In this document: piece after piece, positions 9,713 to 17,665 of the stretch
Numbering within the stretch: the first letter of the stretch is position 1
Layout: every line of letters starts with the position of its first letter
Virus record (IMG/VR): IMGVR_UViG_2061766007_001954
Strand: one strand, 5' to 3'
From: an uncultured virus (IMG/VR IMGVR_UViG_2061766007_001954)
Lineage: Duplodnaviria > Heunggongvirae > Uroviricota > Caudoviricetes
Length of the DNA stretch: 47,181 nucleotides
Translations under genes and position numbers: made by a program
The notes under the pieces: generated by a model
What the model saw: only the letters and a program-made list of their open reading frames with translations
Database searches by the model: none
Told to the model about the DNA's origin: nothing

Positions 9713-10567
9713 ATGATACCCAACAAAAACTTCATAAGAGTTCTGACAAGGCTCTATCATATCCTGCGCCAGTGGAAGGCGCATGTATGGATCTGCCATG
9801 AACGCTATGACAGAGGAAACGGTTCGTATGTCCCGGTATGGATCAATAGTCTGAAGATCCGTCTCGGTGACAAGGTGTATGAGTTCGGAGTCGATGTGAA
9901 AGAAATTTCCAGAAGCACCGTCTCACAGTATCTTACAATGGATTACATCACTGAGGCTAAGCTCTCCCACAGAGCACAAGCTTTCATCAAGGTTCTCGAC
10001 GAGTTCTTCCGCGACACCGATCTCCGCATTACGGATATGGGAGCCTGGTCCATCAGAGGCACTACTTATATCGGGTTCTTCCAGACAGCGTTGAGCGCAG
10101 AAATTATCAAGGACCTTATCAAGCTGTATACGGATGTGTGTACCAGAGCATCCGATATGGTGAAAGAGTTCGCTTTACTGATGCAGAAATACAAGGCTGC
10201 CATTGCATGGGAAGAAGACACCTGGCCTGCCGGTGGACATGGCGGAAGTGTTTCGCCGACTACCATGCACTATGTGATACTTCACGTTGCCGATGAACCG
10301 CCTGTAAGACTTCTTGGCGGAAAGCAAATACATGCGAACATGTTCGATGCAATGGAACGACAGACTCTGAAAGATCGAGGCTTCGATAAGAAGGTCTTGT
10401 CCTTCATGTCTGAGCTCTATGAGCTAATGTCCAAATACTACATGGCTATCGGATGGCGAAGCAACAGTCTCTATATGAGCGCGCAGAACATACTGGTCTG
10501 TGATGTTCTCATGGGACTTGGCTGGCTCTCACTGTATAGCGCATGGCAACACAAAGGCGAAGTATGA
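9713..10567 (+). CDS. hypothetical protein with apparent internal duplication
   Basis: 284-aa ORF with repeated helix-strand units (ALLMQKYKAAIAW / YELMSKYYMAIGW). Confidence 0.7.
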   Translation: MIPNKNFIRVLTRLYHILRQWKAHVWICHERYDRGNGSYVPVWINSLKIRLGDKVYEFGVDVKEISRSTVSQYLTMDYITEAKLSHRAQAFIKVLDEFFRDTDLRITDMGAWSIRGTTYIGFFQTALSAEIIKDLIKLYTDVCTRASDMVKEFALLMQKYKAAIAWEEDTWPAGGHGGSVSPTTMHYVILHVADEPPVRLLGGKQIHANMFDAMERQTLKDRGFDKKVLSFMSELYELMSKYYMAIGWRSNSLYMSAQNILVCDVLMGLGWLSLYSAWQHKGEV

Positions 10568-10779
10568 GCAAAATCAAATATAACGAACCCGGCAAGTGCC
10601 CGTACTGCGGAGGCTTTAATATCTCATTTGATCCTATCGATGACTCTGATGACACCGTTACATATGCAGTACATTGCAAGGAGTGTGGTAAAGACTACAA
10701 GGAAGGCTATATGATGTCTTTCATTGGAGTCTATGACGAAGACGGGCTCTGGCATGACGTAAACGGAGAAGACATATGA
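10564..10779 (+). CDS. zinc-ribbon protein
   Basis: CPYCG...CKECGKDYKEGY. Confidence 0.75.
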   Translation: MSKIKYNEPGKCPYCGGFNISFDPIDDSDDTVTYAVHCKECGKDYKEGYMMSFIGVYDEDGLWHDVNGEDI

Positions 10780-11027
10780 CCTTAAAAGAGTTCAACAAAA
10801 CGCAGGGTCGCTGTCCCTTTTGCGGCTCTGATGACTTCGTCTTTGATGTTACAGTCGACGCTGAACCACCAGTTCCAAAGCTGGGTATTGAAATGGATGA
10901 ACTACGCACAGGCTGCATCGATCATGTGTACACAGAGTGCCAGTGTATGGTGTGCGGTTGCGAGTTCAGACAGCTCTATGAGCTGCGTTATGCAGGTCAA
11001 GAGATTGAAACGAAAGGATTAATATGA
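10776..11027 (+). CDS. zinc-ribbon protein
   Basis: CPFCGS...CMVCGCEFRQLY. Confidence 0.75.
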   Translation: MTLKEFNKTQGRCPFCGSDDFVFDVTVDAEPPVPKLGIEMDELRTGCIDHVYTECQCMVCGCEFRQLYELRYAGQEIETKGLI

Positions 11028-13285
11028 GAGATCTAATTCTCTTAAGGGGAGCCCCCGGATCCGGAAAAAGCACTTTCGTGAAAGAGCATCACTTAGAGCC
11101 GTACACTGTTTCTTCGGATCAGGTGCGGCTTATGTTTTCTGCACCAGAGATTGATGCGCTTACTGGCGAACCTCATATCAGCCAGCGTAATGAAAATGCT
11201 GTCTGGGAGTTTATTTACCAGATAGTCGAGCTTCGTATGAAGACAGGGCAGTTCATCGTACTGGATGCGCAGAACCTTCATCCTGCGCGTTGGTTGAAGC
11301 TGGCTGAAAAGTATCGGTATCGTGTTTATGTCAAGCAGATGGAAGCCACGTTGGAAGAGTGCCTGGAACGCAATGCAAAGCGGCCGGCACTTAACAGAGT
11401 TCCTGAGCATGTCATTATGGCATCTAACTGGAAGCTCGATAACAACGAACTGTCCTCTAAAGTTAAACCAGTTACCGAAGAGATCGCCAACGGAGATATT
11501 CAGCCCTTTGATGCAAACGGCTATGAGCATGTCTGGATTTGCGGAGATGTGCATGGTTGCTACGTACCGTTGAAAGCCTTCTATGACTACACAGGAGGTT
11601 TCCCGGAAAAGGATCTCGTCATCTTTGTCGGTGACTACGTAGATCGTGGAATCCAGAACAAAGAGACTTTGGAGCTGCTCATCGAACAGCGCCATAAAAA
11701 GAATGTTGTGTTCCTTGAGGGTAATCATATTTGGGAGACCCTGTTCGCCAATGACAGGGTCGATGAGATTAAGTCCCATGAATTCATGCTCAACACATTG
11801 CCGCAGATAGAAACAACCGACAAGAAGCACCTTCGTGAATGGGCTTCTCGCTGGGGACAGTTCTGTTACTTCACATTCCACGGAAAGACATATCTGGTTA
11901 CACATGCAGGTATTGGCTATATGCCGGAACACTTGCTTTATGTGCCCACTAAGATGTTCACTCGCGGTGGAGCATATGAAGAAGATGTTGACAGAGCATG
12001 GTGCGAGAAAGGCTATGGTCCCAATCTGATTCAGGTACACGGTCATCGCAACTGGTATCAGTATGCCATTGATGAAACCGAGACCAGCATCAACCTGTGC
12101 TCGGCTGTTGAGTTCGGCGAACCTTTGCGTGTTTATGGTGTCACTGCGGAAGATACATATTATCTGACGTTTGATAATCCGGTGCATCGTGCAGGTATGT
12201 CATTGCGCAGACGTGCAGATCTACTGGAAGGAAAAGCCACCGCTACGCCGCAGGAAGTTGCTGAACTTCTGGTATACAATCTGCGCATGGCAAAGGGCGT
12301 CGAAGAGAAGCAGCTCAAGAACGGCGTTTCAAGCTTCAATTTTTCCAGAGACATCTTCTATTCAATGGCATGGGATGACCTGAATAAGATCGCCCGTGGT
12401 CTTTTCGTCGATACCATTCACTGGAAGATCCTTGCCAGAGGTTTTGAGAAATTCTTCCATGCCAATGAGCATAATGGTCTTTTCAACAGCAAGGAATGGC
12501 TCAAAGAGAATCTCAAGTTCCCTGTAAAGGCATGGAAGAAATACAACGGTTTCCTGTTTATGACAAGCTGGAATCCGTACACCGACGAGATCTTCTATGC
12601 CTCAAAGTCCACGACAGAGGGGCCGCATGTCGATATCGGCAAAAAGGTCTTGCAGGAATACTTTGATAAGAATCCTGTGGATGCCAAGAAGATCATCGAC
12701 TACATGAAGACGCACGATGTTACAATTCTGTGGGAGATCTGCAGCCATGAAGATCCGCATCCTATCTGGGAGTGGGAGCATGGCGATAAGGCAGTTTGCC
12801 TGGCAATCGTCAAGAACACTGTCAAGTTCGAGACCATACCTGATCAGGAATTCCAGAACCTTGTCTATGAATGCTGGGAAAGTGTACCGACTACGGAAGT
12901 GGAAAATACCTTTAACAGCTGGGAAGAACTGGAGCCGTGTATCGACAGTGGTATTTATGCACCTGTGTATGAGCCCACTGAGGGTTGGGTGCTGGTTGAT
13001 GCAAACGGATACAGATTCAAAGGTAAGACCGCCTACTACGATGCATGGAAGCGTCTTCGTAACATCAAGGAAGCCCTGCAGGAACATCCCGAGATCGATA
13101 TCCATTGGGATAAGTGGGATGAAACCGCATGGGAAGTGATCCGTTTCATGAAGCTTTGTAAGCCGGAGCTGCTCAAGGAATATTCCATCGTGTTCATACG
13201 TGGACAGTGGCTCGCTACCGGTCATAAGGATTATCCCTATGACATGACAAAACAACAACTACAAGAAAGGATTCGTCCGTTATGA
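11024..13285 (+). CDS. Pnkp-like RNA repair enzyme: P-loop kinase + metallophosphoesterase + RNA ligase domain
   Basis: GAPGSGKST and SSDQVR (kinase); GDVHG, GDYVDRG, GNH, THAG, HGH (phosphoesterase); ARGLF, FEKFF, KYNGF, EGWV (Rnl1-like ligase). Confidence 0.9.
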   Translation: MRDLILLRGAPGSGKSTFVKEHHLEPYTVSSDQVRLMFSAPEIDALTGEPHISQRNENAVWEFIYQIVELRMKTGQFIVLDAQNLHPARWLKLAEKYRYRVYVKQMEATLEECLERNAKRPALNRVPEHVIMASNWKLDNNELSSKVKPVTEEIANGDIQPFDANGYEHVWICGDVHGCYVPLKAFYDYTGGFPEKDLVIFVGDYVDRGIQNKETLELLIEQRHKKNVVFLEGNHIWETLFANDRVDEIKSHEFMLNTLPQIETTDKKHLREWASRWGQFCYFTFHGKTYLVTHAGIGYMPEHLLYVPTKMFTRGGAYEEDVDRAWCEKGYGPNLIQVHGHRNWYQYAIDETETSINLCSAVEFGEPLRVYGVTAEDTYYLTFDNPVHRAGMSLRRRADLLEGKATATPQEVAELLVYNLRMAKGVEEKQLKNGVSSFNFSRDIFYSMAWDDLNKIARGLFVDTIHWKILARGFEKFFHANEHNGLFNSKEWLKENLKFPVKAWKKYNGFLFMTSWNPYTDEIFYASKSTTEGPHVDIGKKVLQEYFDKNPVDAKKIIDYMKTHDVTILWEICSHEDPHPIWEWEHGDKAVCLAIVKNTVKFETIPDQEFQNLVYECWESVPTTEVENTFNSWEELEPCIDSGIYAPVYEPTEGWVLVDANGYRFKGKTAYYDAWKRLRNIKEALQEHPEIDIHWDKWDETAWEVIRFMKLCKPELLKEYSIVFIRGQWLATGHKDYPYDMTKQQLQERIRPL

Positions 13286-13425
13286 CAGACGAAGAAGTAA
13301 ACGTGATCTGCGACGCACTGCAGGATGTTGTGGAAAGGGTACGTCATAATGAGTGCCCTGACTGCGACTACACACAGCAAGCCCTGGAAGAGCTCATCGA
13401 CAAAATCAGGAGCGGTACGTTATGA
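13282..13425 (+). CDS. small hypothetical protein (47 aa, CPDC)
   Basis: Own translation MTDEEVNVICDALQ...RSGTL*; ATGA overlaps at both ends. Confidence 0.55.
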   Translation: MTDEEVNVICDALQDVVERVRHNECPDCDYTQQALEELIDKIRSGTL

Positions 13426-13673
13426 GCTATGACGACGATTTCGATGATCTCGACGAAATTGAGGAACTCGACGACTTCGAAGAGCTTGAAGACCTTTCAG
13501 AAGAGATTGATGACATCTATGAGGATCTGTACGGCTATCAGGATCTCGATTGCCATGGCTGCACAGGCTGCGTTCATCATGGAAGGCTCGGATATGAACA
13601 CTATTGCGACTGCAAACAAGACGTCATCTACGACACCGCAGATGGCTGTGACTGCTGGTCGCCAGATTACTGA
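13422..13673 (+). CDS. highly acidic, Cys-rich small protein
   Basis: 23 of the first 43 residues are D/E; 7 Cys in the C-terminal half. Confidence 0.65.
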   Translation: MSYDDDFDDLDEIEELDDFEELEDLSEEIDDIYEDLYGYQDLDCHGCTGCVHHGRLGYEHYCDCKQDVIYDTADGCDCWSPDY

Positions 13674-13684
13674 GGAGACTCATT

Positions 13685-14149
13685 ATGGCAGATGCCATTA
13701 ACCCCGCGCATTACAAAGGGCTGTTTCAAGCCAAGGACATCCAATGTATTGCGCTGACTCGCCAGCTGGATTTTGACCTGGGAAATTGGGCGAAATATAT
13801 TTACAGGCTTGGCAATAAGGACAATCCTCACCAGGACTTTAACAAAGCCCGCTGGTATATGGAGGATTGGTTCGCACATCATCCGCCAGTTGATCCGTCA
13901 CTACGACATGCAGTTACTGTCTGGGAAGAAAAGGACAAGAGCGTAATGCCGATCCACAATCCGTTTGCGGAGAAGGCGCGTATCGCTTTTGACTTCATTC
14001 AGGAACCTGACGCCGGCGATGAAGAGCTGTATGATCGTTGGAGGCTTCTGCGGCTTGTTACAGATGACTACATCATCCCAGAATGGTGGAGAAAAAAGAT
14101 GGACTGTTACGAGATCCAGTATCTCAATAAGGAGCAGCCACATGACTAA
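13685..14149 (+). CDS. DUF3310 (SaV / T7 gp1.7-like) protein
   Basis: DAINPAHY..CI..GNWAKYIYRLGNKD..DFNKARWY. Confidence 0.85.
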   Translation: MADAINPAHYKGLFQAKDIQCIALTRQLDFDLGNWAKYIYRLGNKDNPHQDFNKARWYMEDWFAHHPPVDPSLRHAVTVWEEKDKSVMPIHNPFAEKARIAFDFIQEPDAGDEELYDRWRLLRLVTDDYIIPEWWRKKMDCYEIQYLNKEQPHD

Positions 14150-14294
14150 GATCGGATATGCCATCTATCTTGCTATCGTGTTGACTGCACTTGGTTTCGC
14201 TGTCGGTCTGATTATCACCACCTACAAGGAGGAACATCAGCTACAGCAGCCACAGCAAGAGGTAGCTGTTGAGTCTTCTGCGGGAGAACAGTAA
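14142..14294 (+). CDS. small membrane protein
   Basis: AGGAG RBS; MTKIGYAIYLAIVLTALGFAVGLII transmembrane helix. Confidence 0.55.
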   Translation: MTKIGYAIYLAIVLTALGFAVGLIITTYKEEHQLQQPQQEVAVESSAGEQ

Positions 14295-14524
14295 TGGGAG
14301 GTTCATTTGACATCTCATTTTGTCCGAACAGAAGCTGTAAGAGGTCTGACCGCTGTGGGCGATCCGTCAAGCGCCTGGACGGGCAACGTGCTATTGTCAG
14401 CATGATGGGATTCAAACCAGAAGCTGACGGAACATGCAAGCACGAGCTTCCATACACAGAGTATACAGTTCCGAAATGGATGACTGAGCTCTGTGAGGAG
14501 CGGGAGAAGAAGGACAACAAGTAA
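14294..14524 (+). CDS. small Cys-rich phage protein
   Basis: DISFCPNRSCKRSDRCGR; TAATG coupling. Confidence 0.65.
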   Translation: MGGSFDISFCPNRSCKRSDRCGRSVKRLDGQRAIVSMMGFKPEADGTCKHELPYTEYTVPKWMTELCEEREKKDNK

Positions 14525-14573
14525 ATTGACCCAAAGCGTTTCATAGCAATTAACTAAACATAAGGAGGTTGCT

Positions 14574-15473
14574 ATGAGACGCTTAAAAGTTTTATGTGTT
14601 TGTGGCGGAGGCATTTATGGGATCTTGCCCGCACATTTCTTATCCATGCTCCCGGAAGATCAACAAACGCTTAAAGGAATTGATGTCATAGCAGGTTGCA
14701 GCATTGGGGGCGTCCTTGCCTGTGCATATGCTGTGGGACACACGTTCTCCAATGTGGATAAGTGTTTTCAGCAGAGAGCAAAGGATTGTTTCAAGAAACG
14801 TTGGCAAGCAAAGATTAATCCACTGGAGTGCCCGGTATATGATAGTGAAAGCTTGTATAGTGTGATTCATGATATGGTTGGGGATAATCTTATGAAGGAT
14901 GTCCATAAGATATTCCCACAGCTGTCTATCGTTATCCCGGCACTGAATGTTACAACGGATAAGCCTATCTTTTTCCAGAATATAACACATGAGTTTGAGC
15001 AGTTACCATTAGTCGAAGCGGCAAAGATGACATCAGCAGCACCTAGTTATTTCGACTGTGTAGAGTACAAAGGAGACGCTGTGGTGGACGGTGGTTTGCT
15101 CGATGTTGATGGGGCCATGACAGCACTTACTACTGTGAAAGAACTTATGGGTGTTCCCTTTATGGCTATGGACACTATGATACTTGGAACTGGTCAAGAC
15201 GTTGATAAGAATCCGCTGACTGTTAAAGCATACAGGAAGCTTAATATGCTCGGTATGGCTACAGATGTTCTTAGAGCCTATGCAACACTCGGTAATAAGG
15301 AGACCAGCAAGAGACATCTTCGCGGGTTGGGATGTCATATATTGAATTATTTCAATCCTGTAGTTATAGATGGATCTTTGGATGACTGGAAGCAGATACC
15401 AGCACTTGTTAAAGAGGCAGACAAGTGCAGAGAAGAGTTTATCAGGACATGGAATGCCTGGAAGACATCTTGA
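14574..15473 (+). CDS. patatin-like phospholipase
   Basis: GGGIYG oxyanion motif, GCSIG nucleophile elbow, SAAPSYF, DGG catalytic Asp; AAGGAGG RBS. Confidence 0.93.
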   Translation: MRRLKVLCVCGGGIYGILPAHFLSMLPEDQQTLKGIDVIAGCSIGGVLACAYAVGHTFSNVDKCFQQRAKDCFKKRWQAKINPLECPVYDSESLYSVIHDMVGDNLMKDVHKIFPQLSIVIPALNVTTDKPIFFQNITHEFEQLPLVEAAKMTSAAPSYFDCVEYKGDAVVDGGLLDVDGAMTALTTVKELMGVPFMAMDTMILGTGQDVDKNPLTVKAYRKLNMLGMATDVLRAYATLGNKETSKRHLRGLGCHILNYFNPVVIDGSLDDWKQIPALVKEADKCREEFIRTWNAWKTS

Positions 15474-15520
15474 TCTTTTCTTTTATGCTACATTAAGTTT
15501 AACCAAACAAAAGGACTTAT

Positions 15521-16078
15521 ATGGCACGCAAGAAAAAGAAATCATTCGCCGTTGGCGATACCGTTTATGCAATCAACCCGCAAGGCGAGGTTATTGAAGC
15601 AACTATAAAGTCGATCAATACAGAGGACATGTGCCCCTACGAACTTGATCTGAAAACCAAGCTGCGTTTCTATACAGCAGACGATCTTTACAGTTTTCGT
15701 GAAGAGGCTGAGATGGTGCTTGCCAAACTTGATGGACAGCGCGTTCAAAGAGAGCTTGACAGCGGGAACCCGTGCTCCGGCTGCGTTCCTGCAGGCTATG
15801 ATAAGCGCACGCATACGTTCCTTGATGGCACTGGCAAGCGCATCAGTGAATTCTTTGAAGCCTCGCCGGAGATCGTCGACCAGTACAGCAAGCTTATCAG
15901 CAAGGTTTGCTCTTTCTGCCACAAGCATTCTATACCGGTGGTAACAGTTGCCTGCATGAAACGTACCAAGAAGGGTGAGGTTGCATTCTTGAATTCGTCG
16001 ATTCTGCCGTCTGCAAGGGTACCTGACATTCTGTGGGACGTCGATGAGATGTTTCGCTACGACGATGAGGAAGAATAA
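15521..16078 (+). CDS. hypothetical protein, SH3/KOW-like N-terminus
   Basis: FAVGDTVY...DLYSFREEA pattern shared with five other ORFs in the window. Confidence 0.7.
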   Translation: MARKKKKSFAVGDTVYAINPQGEVIEATIKSINTEDMCPYELDLKTKLRFYTADDLYSFREEAEMVLAKLDGQRVQRELDSGNPCSGCVPAGYDKRTHTFLDGTGKRISEFFEASPEIVDQYSKLISKVCSFCHKHSIPVVTVACMKRTKKGEVAFLNSSILPSARVPDILWDVDEMFRYDDEEE

Positions 16079-16144
16079 GGTCATCTTTATTTCAGCCGCA
16101 CTCGCTGGCACAATAAGATGATGAATACATATAAGGAAAATTTT

Positions 16145-16264
16145 ATGGCAGAACCCAAGCCGATCAAGAACGACTCTACTATTCGCATCTATAGAGACGG
16201 CAAACCTGTCGATATTCCTGTGAATGAGTTCCTGCATATGCTGGAGGAACTGAAGAATGGATGA
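16145..16264 (+). CDS. small hypothetical protein (39 aa)
   Basis: AAGGA RBS; own translation MAEPKPIKND...ELKNG*. Confidence 0.45.
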   Translation: MAEPKPIKNDSTIRIYRDGKPVDIPVNEFLHMLEELKNG

Positions 16265-16631
16265 GCACGCATCCATTTTTTATTGTAAGTATGCAGGTGG
16301 GTATCTGTTGTGCAGTGACAGCGATATAGAGCAGCTGGATACCTTGAAGCGGAAATCGATGACTAAGGACTTGTTTGCATATGCGGCACGAGCCTATTTT
16401 ATCAAGCCGTTCAAGGTATTCGATTGCAGGAACGGCAGACTAGCTATGCGGGTAATCTATAAACCAAAGCGCACTATGGAAGGCAGACGAAAGGACGGAT
16501 ATGTGGATCGATTGGTGACAATGAAACCAGCGTGGTTCACTACAATGCGCACTAAATTCGAGATGACCTTTCCGCACGGCTTGACCAATCAGCTGTTACA
16601 GATGTATAAAGCGCCTCCTGTTGACATTTAA
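16257..16631 (+). CDS. hypothetical protein
   Basis: 124-aa ORF, GGAGG RBS. Confidence 0.65.
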   Translation: MDEHASIFYCKYAGGYLLCSDSDIEQLDTLKRKSMTKDLFAYAARAYFIKPFKVFDCRNGRLAMRVIYKPKRTMEGRRKDGYVDRLVTMKPAWFTTMRTKFEMTFPHGLTNQLLQMYKAPPVDI

Positions 16632-16713
16632 CACATGCGGTCCTCCTCCGTTGGCCCCTTATGGCAGTAGCTGTAAGGGGCTTTATTTTGCGCTTTATAA
16701 ACGGTGTTTTGTG

Positions 16714-16728
16714 GGGCATAATATAATG
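16714..16728 (+). promoter_or_regulatory. promoter-like element upstream of the ncRNA cluster
   Basis: GGGCATAATATAATG copy, after a terminator-like hairpin (GCCCCTTA...TAAGGGGC plus T-rich tail). Confidence 0.7.
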
Positions 16729-16876
16729 GTGGAGCGCATGCTCTGCTGAATCCATTCAATCCCACATCACCCGTAAGAAAGGAGAGCAATGATGAAACGA
16801 CGATGTCTTTGCTTCAACACTCTGAACTAAACCTCATTCCCCGGCGCCGCGAGTAACCAGCCTGTCTCGCGATCAT

Positions 16877-16956
16877 GGGCCGATGAACGGTTTCGACAGC
16901 AGGAAAAGCCAAAGCGCACCTGATTCTGGACGAGGGTCCGACTCCCTCTCGGTCCA
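16877..16956 (+). ncRNA. mini-tmRNA-like RNA (tRNA-like domain only)
   Basis: Acceptor GGGCCGA/TCGGTCC with G3.U70 and discriminator A; no D-stem; GG-TTTCGAC 5' and GGAC 3' signatures of tmRNA; T-arm GAGGG-TCCGACT-CCCTC; only a short hairpin where the mRNA-like domain should be. Confidence 0.75.
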
Positions 16957-16966
16957 TTCAATTTCT

Positions 16967-17068
16967 TGTCGGTACAGGATGATATTGCTAGAGCGGTCCG
17001 GAGCGATTAGCTGACGCAGCGATGCGGGTCGCCCAGGCTCTAGGCGTGTGAAATTCACGCTACCGATA
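16967..17068 (+). ncRNA. tRNA-mimic structured RNA
   Basis: TGTCGGTA/TACCGATA terminal stem abutting T-arm GCGTG-TGAAATT-CACGC; CTAGAGC/GCTCTAG arm with internal hairpin. Confidence 0.5.
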
Positions 17069-17134
17069 TTTATCTCCTCGCTGCGGGAGCGATTCACAGC
17101 GGGCCCTTCCTCGGCATGGTAGAGGCATCTTAGT

Positions 17135-17530
17135 GGTAGTAGAGGCCACGATTCAAGCATCACATAATTCGGAGAACCCGATTTGTCCGAAATCTCTGAT
17201 GTAGGGCAATGCGATGCAAGGCGCCATGAATCAAAACTCTACTCTTTCACATGCGAGTAAATGAATTGTACCATGATCCTTGCAAAGTCTTTGCAAGGGG
17301 AGCACATAGTGTGTGAACCCGCGATAGAGAAATCTGTCGTGAGGGAGGTGCCATCCTTTGAAAAGGATTAATAGCGCATAGGGAGTACGTAGATCTCGGA
17401 GATCGTAAACGTCGTAAGCTTCCCTTGAAATCAGGCTGCAATCCGGCGTCTACTGTTGCAGCTTGATTTCTAAATTCACTTTTCCCGGTATCCAGCTTCC
17501 CGTAGATGACGGTAAAGGCTGCCCGGGATT
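17135..17530 (+). ncRNA. unclassified structured RNA region (series of hairpins)
   Basis: AGTAGAG/CTCTACT, GATTCA/TGAATC, CCTTGCAAAG/CTTTGCAAGG, GAAATCAGGCTGCAA/TTGCAGCTTGATTTC stems; no + strand ORF of 60 aa or more. Confidence 0.45.
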
Positions 17531-17532
17531 CA

Positions 17533-17662
17533 GGGGGCGTAGCTCAGTGGTCCAGAGCAGGTAAAAGCGAAAACTGTATCATTATCGTGATGCATACAGC
17601 AATCTATTAAATGCTCATTCTCAATGACCTGGTCGCACGTTCGAATCGTGCCGCTCCCGCCA
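17533..17662 (+). tRNA. tRNA-Glu(CTC) with 53-nt intron/insert in the 5' strand of the anticodon stem (17563-17615)
   Basis: Acceptor GGGGGCG/CGCTCCC plus G-CCA; D-arm GCTC/GAGC; T-arm GCACG-TTCGAAT-CGTGC; removing 17563-17615 gives GGTCA-TTCTCAA-TGACC and a 77-nt cloverleaf. Confidence 0.85.
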
Positions 17663-17665
17663 TTT

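Noticed and set aside
16877..17530. Standard full-length or circularly permuted tmRNA
   Set aside because: The 5' acceptor strand pairs with a 3' strand only 80 nt away in normal order, and no second matching acceptor end was found downstream.
17563..17615. Group I or group II self-splicing intron in the tRNA
   Set aside because: 53 nt is far too short and no catalytic core elements are present.
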